DNA from: Gammaproteobacteria bacterium
Lineage (GTDB): Bacteria > Pseudomonadota > Gammaproteobacteria > Eutrophobiales > Eutrophobiaceae
Direction of reading: 5' to 3'
NCBI GenBank assembly: GCA_965116495.1
Contig: OZ220696.1
Span: 2,912,001-2,976,000, forward strand
Length of the DNA stretch: 64,000 nt
Within the stretch, counting starts at the first letter, position 1, and each line of letters starts with the position of its first letter. Under the pieces are notes generated by a model, which worked only from the letters and a program-made list of their open reading frames with translations, did no database searches and was not told the origin of the DNA. The position numbers were made by a program, and so were the translations under genes. This document shows, one piece after another, positions 1-9,761 of the stretch.

Positions 1-885
1 AAGCCGGCGGGCAAAAATCTCGACGGCGCGGCGCGGCGTTTTCTGGGACCTGGCAACCAGTTTGGCCCTGACCAGGGGAAAGCTCCGGCTTTCATCCTGG
101 GCGCGCGTGCCCGCATAGGCTGCCGACCGCGCGGCGGCATCGGCAATCCGCCGCGTCGTCAGGGGATGGGTGCGAAGGAACTCCGGCGCCTGGGCGGAAT
201 AACGTGAACTCTGTTGCAGTTTTCTGAAGAATCCCGACATCCCCCGGGGATCGAATCCCGAGCGCGCCAGCAACTGGATCCCGATGCGGTCCGCTTCCTG
301 CTCGTTGGTCCGGGTGAAATTGATCCGTGCCTGCGCCGAAGCGCCCTGCACCGCCATGAGCGCGGCCTGCCCTGCTTCGGGGTTCTGGGTGGCGACCAGG
401 ATGGCACCCAGCATGGCAGCCAGCGTCGGTATGCTCATTTTTTTTGAGATTTCCACGGACCTTGCCATGTGCTTCTGGGTCACGTGGGCGATTTCATGGG
501 CCATGACGCCGGCGAGCTCGCTTTCCGAGTCGGAATTCAGTATCACGCCGCTGTTGATCCCGACAATGCCGCCGGGTGCGGCAAACGCGTTGATCAACGG
601 ATCGTTAATGACAAAAAAGGTGAACTGCTGTTCGTTGTTGTCGCTCTGGGAAACCAGCCGGTAGCCGATTGACTCTATATAGGTGTTGATTTCAGGATCG
701 GAGATGATATCCGCCTGTTTTCTTACCTGGCTGAGAAACGCCTGTCCCAGGCGTCTTTCAAACTCAGGGCTCAGCAGACCCCCGGTTGAATCGCCGATAT
801 CCGGTAAGTCCAGGGTCGTCACCTCGGCCACGGCCGGGGCGCACAGGAAAAAAGCAAGCAGGAGGCTGATTCCTGTTTGTTTCAT
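1..885 (-). CDS. bepA: M48 family periplasmic zinc metalloprotease (BepA/YfgC-like), 3' end outside window
   Basis: Manual translation from ATG at 885 (absent from ORF track because it runs off the edge): signal peptide MKQTGISLLLAFFLCAPAVA, LPDIGD, INAFAAPGG, ESELAGVMAHEIAH (HExxH), EQEADRIG, FLRTHP. Confidence 0.9.
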   Translation of the reverse strand, partial: MKQTGISLLLAFFLCAPAVAEVTTLDLPDIGDSTGGLLSPEFERRLGQAFLSQVRKQADIISDPEINTYIESIGYRLVSQSDNNEQQFTFFVINDPLINAFAAPGGIVGINSGVILNSDSESELAGVMAHEIAHVTQKHMARSVEISKKMSIPTLAAMLGAILVATQNPEAGQAALMAVQGASAQARINFTRTNEQEADRIGIQLLARSGFDPRGMSGFFRKLQQSSRYSAQAPEFLRTHPLTTRRIADAAARSAAYAGTRAQDESRSFPLVRAKLVARSQKTPRRAVEIFARRL

Positions 886-1009
886 CAGGCTGATTTATCC
901 GTTATGATGTTGTATTAGAGTTTCCCAAACTGACAGGGTTCACGTCAGCGCGGCTACGCAAACGGGCGCTTCATTACAATGCAAACTCATACTTTTGAAT
1001 CCAGGCTAT

Positions 1010-1107
1010 CGTCATTCCGGCGCAAGCCGGAATCCAGTCAAATAAATGTCTCCTTATAACAATAAAGATGGTTTGTCCACTGGATTCCGGCATTCGCCGG
1101 AATGGCG
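1010..1107. repeat. Inverted doublet of CGTC-type REP-like palindromes (REPIN-like)
   Basis: CGTCATTCCGGCGCAAGCCGGAATCCAGT (1010-1038) and inverted near-copy ACTGGATTCCGGCATTCGCCGGAATGGCG (1079-1107); related units at 22881-22977 and 41335-41363. Confidence 0.8.
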
Positions 1108-1160
1108 GCTTGATGGTGTAACATAGCGCATTTTCAACGCCAGACATAGAGGAACATTCA

Positions 1161-2432
1161 ATGGCCGCGGCTAAAAACGCTTTTTATGCTCAATCGGGCG
1201 GGGTGACCGCCGTCATCAATGCCAGCGCCTGCGCCGTGATAGAAACCGCGCGCCGGCATCCCGACAAAATCGCCAACGTCTACGCCGGACGTAACGGCAT
1301 CATCGGCGCGTTGACTGAGGATATGATTGACACGGGAAAGGAGCCCGCCGCGGCCATCGGCGCGTTACGCCATACACCCTCGGGCGCTTTCGGATCGTGC
1401 CGCTACAAGCTGAAGGGGCAGGAAGACAGCCGGGCTGAATATGAACGCTTGATCGAGGTCTTCAAGGCCCATGACATCGGTTACTTTTTCTATAACGGCG
1501 GCGGGGACTCAGCCGACACCTGTCACAAGGTCTCGCAACTGTCGGCACAATGGGGTTTCCCGATACAGGCAATACATATTCCCAAGACGATAGATAATGA
1601 CCTGCCCGTCACCGACAACTGCCCCGGGTTTGGTTCGGTAGCCAAGTATGTCGCGGTGTCGGTACGCGAGGCGTCCTACGACGTGCGGTCAATGGCGAAG
1701 ACGTCCACCAAGGTATTCATTATGGAAGTCATGGGCCGGCATGCCGGCTGGATTGCCGCCGCGGGCGGCCTGGCGGCAGACCGGGAGAATGATATCCCGG
1801 TGGTGGTCCTGTTTCCCGAAATCCCGTTCGACCAGGATGGCTTTCTTGCCAGGGTACGGGATTGTGTTGCGCACTATGACTACTGTTCCGTTGTGGTTTC
1901 GGAAGGCGCGCGCTGGCCTGACGGCCGCTTTCTCGCGGAACAGGGCACGACGGACGCCTTCGGTCATGCCCAACTGGGCGGCGCAGCGCCCCTGGTGGCA
2001 AACCTGGTCAAGCAGCAACTGGGATACAAATATCACTGGGCTGTCGCCGATTACCTGCAACGCGCGGCGCGCCACATCGCCTCGAAGACCGATGTTGAAC
2101 AGGCTTATTCCCTGGGCAGGGCTGCCGTGGAGCTGGTCCTGGCCGGGCACAACGCGATCATGCCTGTAATTGTGCGTACATCCGACAACCCGTATCGCTG
2201 GGAAATCGGTCAGGCGGACCTGGCGCACGTGGCCAACGCCGAGAAATTCATGCCCAGGGAATTCATCAGTGATGACGGTTTCGGCATCACTCAAGCGTGC
2301 CGAAGCTACCTGGAACCCCTGATCCAGGGAGAAGACTATCCTCCCTACCGGAACGGCATGCCCGATTATGTGCGCCTGCAAAACGCGCCGGTTGCAAAAA
2401 AAATACGCGCCGGGTTTGAACTTCGCCGCTAA
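1161..2432 (+). CDS. pfp: Pyrophosphate-dependent 6-phosphofructokinase
   Basis: QSGGVTAVIN, GGGDS (Asp at the E. coli G104 position), PKTIDND (Lys at the G124 position), MGRHAGW; Asp/Lys at these two positions is the PPi-specific signature. Confidence 0.9.
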   Translation: MAAAKNAFYAQSGGVTAVINASACAVIETARRHPDKIANVYAGRNGIIGALTEDMIDTGKEPAAAIGALRHTPSGAFGSCRYKLKGQEDSRAEYERLIEVFKAHDIGYFFYNGGGDSADTCHKVSQLSAQWGFPIQAIHIPKTIDNDLPVTDNCPGFGSVAKYVAVSVREASYDVRSMAKTSTKVFIMEVMGRHAGWIAAAGGLAADRENDIPVVVLFPEIPFDQDGFLARVRDCVAHYDYCSVVVSEGARWPDGRFLAEQGTTDAFGHAQLGGAAPLVANLVKQQLGYKYHWAVADYLQRAARHIASKTDVEQAYSLGRAAVELVLAGHNAIMPVIVRTSDNPYRWEIGQADLAHVANAEKFMPREFISDDGFGITQACRSYLEPLIQGEDYPPYRNGMPDYVRLQNAPVAKKIRAGFELRR

Positions 2433-2460
2433 ATCTATAAACTGTCTGGCTTTGATGTTC

Positions 2461-2533
2461 GGGGTCAGAGTAAAAATACGTGACTGTAGAGCAACACATT
2501 CTGCCGGATTGACCGTATTTTTACTCTGACCCC
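2461..2533. repeat. Perfect 20-bp inverted repeat, GGGGTCAG-ended palindromic element
   Basis: GGGGTCAGAGTAAAAATACG (2461-2480) and CGTATTTTTACTCTGACCCC (2514-2533). Confidence 0.85.
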
Positions 2534-2603
2534 TGGTATCATCCGTGTAGCGCGCACCTGAACGCGCATCAACCACAAAACTTATCACTTAAAGGAGCAC
2601 ACA

Positions 2604-4616
2604 ATGTCGTCATTGGACATCGCCTTGATATGCAGTGTCATCGCCATCCTGTATGGCATCTTTTCCGTACGCTGGATACTTGCACAGCCCGAAGGAAACG
2701 AACGTATGCGGGAGATCGCAACGGCCATACAGCAGGGCGCATCCGCCTACCTTAACAGGCAGTACACCACCATCGGCGGGGTCGGCGTTATCCTGTTTAT
2801 CGTGCTGGGTCTGGTGCTCGACTGGTACACGGGATTCGGATTTCTAATCGGCGCCCTGTTCTCCGGCGCCGCGGGCTATATCGGCATGAACATTTCCGTG
2901 CGCGCCAACCTGCGTACTGCCGAGGCGGCCAACACAGGTATGGATGCAGCATTGAAGGTTGCCTTCCGGGGCGGCGCGATTACCGGCCTGCTGGTCGTCG
3001 GTCTGGGCCTGCTGGGCGTGGCCGGCTACTACGCCGTGCTGCAGAAAATGGGCGTCGACAGCGACACCATCCTCCATGCCCTGATCGGACTCGGTTTCGG
3101 CGGTTCCCTGATTTCCATTTTTGCCCGGCTGGGCGGCGGCATCTTCACCAAGGGCGCCGATGTCGGCGCGGACCTGGTGGGGAAGGTGGAAGCCGGTATC
3201 CCGGAAGACGACCCGCGCAACCCCGCGGTGATTGCGGACAACGTCGGCGACAACGTCGGCGATTGCGCCGGGATGGCGGCCGACCTGTTTGAAACCTATG
3301 CAGTTACCGTAATAGCTACCATGTTGCTGGGCAGCCTGGTGGTCCCGGGGAATGAAAACATCGTGCTCTATCCGCTGGTGCTGGGCGGCGTTTCCATCAT
3401 CGCCTCGGTCGTTGGTTGTTTCTTTGTCAAGGCCGGTGAGAACGGCAGTATTATGGGCGCCCTGTATAAAGGACTGATCGTTGCCGGCATTCTGGCCGCC
3501 ATCCTGTTTTATCCCGTCACGAACTGGATGATGGCAGGCGTCGGCGGCATGTCGGCCGGATCCCTCTACGGCTGTGCGCTGATCGGCCTGGCGCTGACCG
3601 CAGCCCTGGTCTGGATTACGGAATATTACACCGGCACCGAGTACGGGCCGGTAAAACACATTGCTGCCGCATCGGAAACCGGCCATGCCACCAATATCAT
3701 CGCCGGTCTCGGCGTATCCATGAAAGCGACCGCGCTGCCGGTGCTGGCAGTCTGCGCCAGTATCTGGGGCGCCTACGAACTGGCCGAACTGTACGGCATT
3801 GCCATTGCCGCGACGGCGATGCTGTCAATGACCGGCATCATCGTCGCCCTGGACGCGTTCGGACCCATTACCGATAACGCCGGTGGCATCGCCGAGATGG
3901 CCGACCTGGATGAAAAAATCCGCAATATCACCGATCCCCTGGACGCAGTGGGCAATACCACCAAGGCCGTTACCAAGGGTTATGCCATCGGATCAGCCGG
4001 CCTGGCTGCCCTGGTATTGTTCGGTGACTACACCCACGCCCTCGAGCAGGCCGGTATCCACGTTGAATTTTCCCTGTCTGATCCGATGGTGATCATCGGC
4101 CTGTTTATCGGCGGCCTGGTGCCATTCCTGTTCGGCGCCATGGCCATGGAAGCGGTCGGCCGCGCGGCCGGTTCGGTGGTGCTGGAAGTCCGCCGCCAGT
4201 TTCGCGAGATCCCTGGAATCATGGACGGCACAGGCAAGCCGGATTATTCACGCGCCGTGGACCTGCTGACCAAGTCGGCCATCAAGGAAATGATTATTCC
4301 CTCCCTGTTACCGGTGCTGGTGCCGATCGTCGTCGGCAAGGTGTTGGGACCCGTGGCGCTGGGCGGCCTGTTGCTTGGAACGATAGTGACCGGCCTGTTT
4401 GTCGCCATATCCATGACCGCGGGCGGCGGCGCCTGGGATAACGCCAAGAAATATATTGAAGACGGCAATCTCGGCGGCAAGGGCTCGGAAGCACACAAGG
4501 CCGCGGTCACCGGCGATACCGTCGGTGATCCCTACAAGGACACCGCCGGCCCGGCAGTCAACCCGCTTATCAAGATCATCAATATCGTCGCCTTGCTGAT
4601 CGTGCCGTTGCTATAG
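2604..4616 (+). CDS. hppA: Membrane-bound proton-translocating pyrophosphatase, K+-independent type
   Basis: [46 protein letters not shown]; GNTTKA has Lys at the K+-dependence determinant; AAGGAG RBS. Confidence 0.95.
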   Translation: MSSLDIALICSVIAILYGIFSVRWILAQPEGNERMREIATAIQQGASAYLNRQYTTIGGVGVILFIVLGLVLDWYTGFGFLIGALFSGAAGYIGMNISVRANLRTAEAANTGMDAALKVAFRGGAITGLLVVGLGLLGVAGYYAVLQKMGVDSDTILHALIGLGFGGSLISIFARLGGGIFTKGADVGADLVGKVEAGIPEDDPRNPAVIADNVGDNVGDCAGMAADLFETYAVTVIATMLLGSLVVPGNENIVLYPLVLGGVSIIASVVGCFFVKAGENGSIMGALYKGLIVAGILAAILFYPVTNWMMAGVGGMSAGSLYGCALIGLALTAALVWITEYYTGTEYGPVKHIAAASETGHATNIIAGLGVSMKATALPVLAVCASIWGAYELAELYGIAIAATAMLSMTGIIVALDAFGPITDNAGGIAEMADLDEKIRNITDPLDAVGNTTKAVTKGYAIGSAGLAALVLFGDYTHALEQAGIHVEFSLSDPMVIIGLFIGGLVPFLFGAMAMEAVGRAAGSVVLEVRRQFREIPGIMDGTGKPDYSRAVDLLTKSAIKEMIIPSLLPVLVPIVVGKVLGPVALGGLLLGTIVTGLFVAISMTAGGGAWDNAKKYIEDGNLGGKGSEAHKAAVTGDTVGDPYKDTAGPAVNPLIKIINIVALLIVPLL

Positions 4617-4640
4617 GAGCAGGGCACAGGAACCGGCATC

Positions 4641-5114
4641 ATGTTTGTCACTGCGTTCCTGGTATTCGTTGTCCTGAATGAGCCGCACCATTTTTCCATG
4701 CTCGATTTATGGGAGAAGAAATGCAACGGCGGTGACGTCGTTGCCTGTCAGCGGTTCGAGGACGCCCAGGCCGGAGCCAGGAAGCTCGAGCGGCTGGATA
4801 GCCTGGCACTGCGTTATGGAGAGAACGCGAACCGGGATGCACTGGAAGAAGACGGCAGACCCCTGCTGAACCTTGCCTACATGGAGGTGATGGAAGACTT
4901 TATCGAAGCCGAACACGAGGCGGGTGACACGGAACTGGACTATGACGACGACGACGTCAGTTACTGCGCCGACCATTTTCATAATTACTGGGTAAACAGA
5001 AAATTATGGTGGCCTACCGACGTCAACGGCGATCCGAGCTGGACGGATATCTATTATTACATCGTCGACCACTATTACGGGATCTGCCTGCGGCGCCATT
5101 TCAACCGGCGTTAA
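4641..5114 (+). CDS. Hypothetical protein with N-terminal hydrophobic anchor, acidic linker and aromatic/Cys/His-rich C-terminus
   Basis: 157-aa ORF 24 bp downstream of hppA, CAGGA 9 nt upstream of ATG, coding-like GC3; family not recognised. Confidence 0.7.
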   Translation: MFVTAFLVFVVLNEPHHFSMLDLWEKKCNGGDVVACQRFEDAQAGARKLERLDSLALRYGENANRDALEEDGRPLLNLAYMEVMEDFIEAEHEAGDTELDYDDDDVSYCADHFHNYWVNRKLWWPTDVNGDPSWTDIYYYIVDHYYGICLRRHFNRR

Positions 5115-5219
5115 CCCACATGTTCCACAGGCTGCAGGTTAACAACCTGCTGAGCCGCGACCGCATATAACATGCGGCGATGGCGGGTTTTTGTTCGGCC
5201 TGCGGGGCAGTCGGCAGGC

Positions 5220-5807
5220 TCAGGAAGGCGCTGGCATCACGCCGTGTTTTGACAACAGTTGCGCAGTTTCATACAGGGGCAGCCCCATGATCCCGGAGTA
5301 GCTTCCCTCTATTCTTGATATAAATATCGCTGCCCTGTCCTGGATACCGTACCCTCCCGCCTTGTCATAGGGCATATCACTGTCGCAATAGGCTTCACAT
5401 TCCCGCACAGTAAGCGATTTGAACCAGACCCTGCTCTCGCTCAACCTGTATTCGGGCCGGTCATGCAGGAGCACCACGGCGCTGAGCACCCGGTGTGCCC
5501 TGCCGGACAGCGACATGAGCATCTCGATCGCTGCACCCCGGTCCGGTGGTTTTCCCAGAATACGGTTATCCAGGATAACTTCGGTATCGGCTGCGAGAAT
5601 CGGCAACCGTTGCAGTCTGGCCGGTGCCGCCGCTTCAGCTTTTGCCGCGGCTACCCGTGCAACATAGCCCTCGGCAGATTCATCCTCACCCCTGAGTTCC
5701 TGCACGTCTACGTGCATGACTTCATAAGCAATACCTATCTGATCGAGAAGCTGCTTCCGCCGCGGCGACCTGGAAGCCAGGTAGATTTGCCTGTGCGGAC
5801 TGGTCAC
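5220..5807 (-). CDS. maf: Maf/YhdE nucleoside triphosphate pyrophosphatase
   Basis: IYLASRSPRR, LAADTEV, ILGKP, DKAGGYGIQ, GLPL; GTG start at 5807 overlaps rsfS stop (GTGA). Confidence 0.92.
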   Translation of the reverse strand: MTSPHRQIYLASRSPRRKQLLDQIGIAYEVMHVDVQELRGEDESAEGYVARVAAAKAEAAAPARLQRLPILAADTEVILDNRILGKPPDRGAAIEMLMSLSGRAHRVLSAVVLLHDRPEYRLSESRVWFKSLTVRECEAYCDSDMPYDKAGGYGIQDRAAIFISRIEGSYSGIMGLPLYETAQLLSKHGVMPAPS

Positions 5808-6142
5808 GAGTGGCCGCTGGCCCGATCGGTCACGGACCAGAGTTTTTCCAGTTGGTAATATTCCCGGGAAGTCGGGTGCATGATATGGGCAATCACGTCG
5901 CCGAAATCGATCAATATCCATTCTGCCTGGCTTTGCCCTTCCACTCCCAGCGGCCGGATGCGCCGTGTTTTCATCGTTTCGATTACCTTATCAGCAATGG
6001 CCTTCACCTGGCGGTTCGATCGGCCGCTGGCAATGATCATGAAATCCGTCATGGTCGTCAATGTACGCACATCAAACGTTTGCACGTCCTCAGCCTTCAC
6101 ATCATTCATCGTATCGGTAATCAGTTGGGCGATGCTGTTCAT
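5804..6142 (-). CDS. rsfS: Ribosome silencing factor RsfS (Iojap)
   Basis: KAEDV, IASGRSNRQV, WILIDFGDVIAHIM, REYYQLEKLW. Confidence 0.95.
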   Translation of the reverse strand: MNSIAQLITDTMNDVKAEDVQTFDVRTLTTMTDFMIIASGRSNRQVKAIADKVIETMKTRRIRPLGVEGQSQAEWILIDFGDVIAHIMHPTSREYYQLEKLWSVTDRASGHS

Positions 6143-6780
6143 AGGTATAACCTGTTCTCCTTGATATAGTTGTGGACGCCGGGCGGCAGGAAATCCCCTG
6201 TATCGTCACGGCTGCGCAAACGCGTGCGCATTTGTGCAGAGGAGACTTCCGGGATGGACACAGCCACGTTATGGATAAAACCGCTGGGGTTTGCGTGCAG
6301 GGCGGCCGCAGAGGAGCAGCCCCGTCCGGCACAAAATGCCCGCATTCTCTCATCCCGGGGACCGTCGCTGCGCGGCTTCCTGTCGATCACCACCAGGTGC
6401 GCATAATCCGTCAATTCCTGCCAGCGGCGCCAGGCAGGCAGCGCGTCGAACGCGTCCTTGCCCATGATGAAACACAGGGGTTGCTGCCCATACCTGCCAC
6501 GCAGGTCGATCAGGGTATCGATAGTATAGGATGTGCCGCCGCGTTTAAGCTCTGCATCGTTGACGACCAGTTGCGGATAGGGTTGTAGTGCCTGCTCCAG
6601 CATGGCCAACCGGTGTTGCCCTGTTGCTGCAGTAGCTTTATGCGGGGGGATATGCGCGGGCACGAAATTGACTTCCTGCAGATCCAGGGCCTGCATACAC
6701 TCCAGCCCCATGCGGACATGGCCCACGTGAACCGGATCAAATGCGCCGCCGAGCAAGCCGATGGGTTTTCCCTTACTCAC
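6139..6780 (-). CDS. nadD: Nicotinate-nucleotide adenylyltransferase
   Basis: GGAFDPVHVGH, PPHK, SYTIDTL, FIMGKD, W..WQEL, VSSAQMR. Confidence 0.95.
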   Translation of the reverse strand: MSKGKPIGLLGGAFDPVHVGHVRMGLECMQALDLQEVNFVPAHIPPHKATAATGQHRLAMLEQALQPYPQLVVNDAELKRGGTSYTIDTLIDLRGRYGQQPLCFIMGKDAFDALPAWRRWQELTDYAHLVVIDRKPRSDGPRDERMRAFCAGRGCSSAAALHANPSGFIHNVAVSIPEVSSAQMRTRLRSRDDTGDFLPPGVHNYIKENRLYL

Positions 6781-6793
6781 TCGTTCATGCTAT

Positions 6794-6884
6794 GTGTACG
6801 GGGTCAGGTCGCACATTGCACACTCAAAGGCACGAACTCCATTGATAACTTAATGTGTGCAATGTGCGACCTGACCCCGTACAC
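6794..6884. mobile_element. 91-bp MITE-like element with perfect 30-bp inverted arms
   Basis: GTGTACGGGGTCAGGTCGCACATTGCACAC (6794-6823) is the exact reverse complement of 6855-6884; TAT on both flanks; overlaps the proA stop by 1 nt. Confidence 0.75.
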
Positions 6885-8140
6885 TATTTTCTGATATGGC
6901 CATCACCGATGACAATAAACTTCTGTGAGGTCAGTCCCTCAAGCCCGACCGGCCCGCGCGCGTGAAATTTATCCGTGCTGATGCCGATTTCGGCGCCCAG
7001 GCCGTATTCATATCCGTCTGCAAACCGGGTCGAGGCATTCACCATGACCGAACTCGAATCGACCTCGGCCAGGAAGCGCCTGGCGTGACTCATGTTTTCC
7101 GTCACTATTGCGTCGGTATGCCTGGAACCGTAGTGTTCGATGTGCCCCATTGCTTCGTCCAGGCCGCTGACTATCTTCAGCGACATCACCGGCGCCAGGT
7201 ACTCCGTATAATAGTCAGCATCCGCCGCCAGTTTTATGCCGGGAAGAAATTGCCGGGAATGTTCGTCACCCCGGATTTCCACGCCGGCCTCTTCATACAT
7301 GGGTCCGAGACGCGCAAGTACCGTCTCAGCGACAGGTTCTGCCAGTAACAGACATTCCATCGTGCAGCAGGTACCGTAGCGCTGGGTCTTGGCATTATAG
7401 GCGATGGTCACCGCCTTCTCCACGTCCGCATCGGCGTCCACGTACACATGGCAAACCCCGTCCAGGTGTTTTATGACCGGCATCCTGGCCTCATTGCTGA
7501 TGCGCTCAATCAATCCCTTGCCGCCGCGCGGGATGATCACGTCAATATATTCCCTGAGGGCCAGCAGTTCTCCCACGGCAGCCCGGTCGGTGGTTTCAAC
7601 CACCTGTACTGCGGTGCCGGGCAATCCTGCGTCCCACAGGCCGGCTTCGATGCACCCGGCAATGGCCTTGTTCGAATGGATTGCCTCCGATCCGCCCCTC
7701 AGGATCACCGCGTTGCCCGATTTTATACACAGGCCTGCGGCATCTGCCGTGACATTGGGTCTGGACTCGTAAATGATCCCCACTACCCCCAGTGGAACCC
7801 GCATACGTCCCACCTGGATCCCGGTCGGGCGATAGTTCATCGCCGAAATCTCTCCGATGGGATCGGCCAGCCCGGCAACCTGCAACAAGCCGTCGGCCAG
7901 GGCGTCCAGTCGCGCCGGGGTCAATTCGAGACGATCCAGAAGCGGCGCCGCCAAGTGATTCTTGTGCGCCGCGTCGAGGTCGGCGCCGTTAGCCTCGAAT
8001 AATTGTGCGCGCCGTTCCGAAACGGTCTCAGCGATGGCAATGAGCGCAGCGTCTTTCAACCCGGTGTCGGCGCGCGCCATGGCCCGCGCCGCGTCCCGCG
8101 CGGTCCGGCCCATGGTGTGGATATAATCACGGATATTCAT
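6884..8140 (-). CDS. proA: Gamma-glutamyl phosphate reductase
   Basis: [64 protein letters not shown]; start set at MNIRDY. Confidence 0.96.
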   Translation of the reverse strand: MNIRDYIHTMGRTARDAARAMARADTGLKDAALIAIAETVSERRAQLFEANGADLDAAHKNHLAAPLLDRLELTPARLDALADGLLQVAGLADPIGEISAMNYRPTGIQVGRMRVPLGVVGIIYESRPNVTADAAGLCIKSGNAVILRGGSEAIHSNKAIAGCIEAGLWDAGLPGTAVQVVETTDRAAVGELLALREYIDVIIPRGGKGLIERISNEARMPVIKHLDGVCHVYVDADADVEKAVTIAYNAKTQRYGTCCTMECLLLAEPVAETVLARLGPMYEEAGVEIRGDEHSRQFLPGIKLAADADYYTEYLAPVMSLKIVSGLDEAMGHIEHYGSRHTDAIVTENMSHARRFLAEVDSSSVMVNASTRFADGYEYGLGAEIGISTDKFHARGPVGLEGLTSQKFIVIGDGHIRK

Positions 8141-8144
8141 ATTG

Positions 8145-9170
8145 TTATTGTGCTTTTTCCAGCCTGTAACCGGCCAGGGCAAACATAAATTTCTCCAGCA
8201 TCTGCCAACTGTCTTTCACAACGGCGCCCTTCAGGGCCTTATCAATTTCCAGCGCCTCTGCCAGCAGGGCGGTCAACCGGCCGGGACTGAAACGGCGCAT
8301 CAGTGTGTTGATCCCCTTGCTGTGCTGTTCCAGGACCCTGTGTTCCTTAAACGCCTGCTGTCGTGGTTTTCCCCGGGCGATTTCATGGGAAATGGAACTG
8401 GCCCGGCGAAAACCCCACATCAGGGCGCCGTAGACATGGAGCGGCTCTATGCCTTCATTCTTCAGGCCCCGCAACATCCTCAGGGTGCGTTCCGGATTGC
8501 CCAGGAACACGTTCTCAATGAGGTCGAACACCTCATAGCGGGCGCTGTCTACCACCATATTCAGCACATCGCTGCTGTCAATGTCCGCCCGATCCACAAG
8601 CAACGCCAGTTTTTCTATTTCCTGCCTTGCCGCAAGCAGGTTTCCCTCAACCTTTTGCGCTATCAGGACGGCAGCCTCCCTGTCAATCCGTTTATTCCGT
8701 TGCCGGCAACGCGCCATGATCCAGCCCGGCAACTGCGCCGGCACGACCGGCCAGACCTGTATGCAACAGCCGCTTTTTTCCACGGCCCTGAACCATTTTG
8801 CCTGCTGGGTCTTCCTGTCGATACGATCCGAGGTCAGCAACAGGAGGTTGTCCGGCGAGCACGCGTTCGCATAATCGGTTAAGGCTGCGCCGCCTTCCCT
8901 GCCGGGTTTCTGACTGCCCAGCCTCAGTTCGATAATGCGTTTGCTGGAAAACAGGGACAGGCTGGCGCCGGCCTCATGCAACCGGCCCCAGTCAAACCCG
9001 GTATCGACATCCAGGACAGTCCGCTCCTCGTAGCCCAGGGCGCGCGCCCGTTTGCGTATCAAATCACTCGCTTCTTGCAGTTGCAGGGGTTCGTCTCCGC
9101 TGATGCAATAGAGCGGCAGAAGTTCAGGCTTGATCAGGTGCGCCGTGAGTTGCTCTGCCTTCAGACGCAT
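8145..9170 (-). CDS. holA: DNA polymerase III subunit delta
   Basis: [34 protein letters not shown]; leuS-lptE-holA synteny. Confidence 0.93.
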   Translation of the reverse strand: MRLKAEQLTAHLIKPELLPLYCISGDEPLQLQEASDLIRKRARALGYEERTVLDVDTGFDWGRLHEAGASLSLFSSKRIIELRLGSQKPGREGGAALTDYANACSPDNLLLLTSDRIDRKTQQAKWFRAVEKSGCCIQVWPVVPAQLPGWIMARCRQRNKRIDREAAVLIAQKVEGNLLAARQEIEKLALLVDRADIDSSDVLNMVVDSARYEVFDLIENVFLGNPERTLRMLRGLKNEGIEPLHVYGALMWGFRRASSISHEIARGKPRQQAFKEHRVLEQHSKGINTLMRRFSPGRLTALLAEALEIDKALKGAVVKDSWQMLEKFMFALAGYRLEKAQ

Positions 9171-9177
9171 GTGCCGG

Positions 9178-9708
9178 TTATTCAGTCAGCGTATTCAAGC
9201 GGCGTATGATCTGGGTCGCAGCCTGTTGGATCAGTTCTTCCTTGATTATCTCCTCCTCGGCAAATTTCCCCAGCGCCGCGTCTTCATCAAAGGCATAGTC
9301 CCCCCTGACCCGGATGACCTGATTCAACACCAGCAGTTCCCCGCCGGCTTGGCTGATGCTGATGCGGGTGGAGAAAACAACCTGGTATTCCTCAACCTTG
9401 CCGGTATCGGGAGAGACGCTCAATACCTGGCGGACGAATTCCTCACCACCCAGGGTCAACGCATAGTCGGCCCCCTCCAGGCTGTCCATGACAATTACGC
9501 CAGCATCCGACAACTGTGATTTCACCGCGGCGCCAAGCTCGCTGGCGGCAGTTGCCACGACATGGATGTGATACCCGCTATCCGCTTTAACCTGCGGGCT
9601 CTGGCCGCGCAAATGGTAACCACAACCCTGCGCCAGAATCGAGACAAAGAGAACAACGTGCAAAAGTGGGATTCTCATGCGCGCAAAGGATACGGCTTTC
9701 CGCGGCAT
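9178..9708 (-). CDS. lptE: LPS assembly lipoprotein LptE
   Basis: Lipobox-like LAQGC followed by GYHLRG; position between leuS and holA; start could be the later ATG (MRIPLL). Confidence 0.88.
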   Translation of the reverse strand: MPRKAVSFARMRIPLLHVVLFVSILAQGCGYHLRGQSPQVKADSGYHIHVVATAASELGAAVKSQLSDAGVIVMDSLEGADYALTLGGEEFVRQVLSVSPDTGKVEEYQVVFSTRISISQAGGELLVLNQVIRVRGDYAFDEDAALGKFAEEEIIKEELIQQAATQIIRRLNTLTE

Positions 9709-9761
9709 GATACAAGGAAAACCCGGGCATGGCCGGCTTGGCGCGTCAGCGGCCGGTTCTG

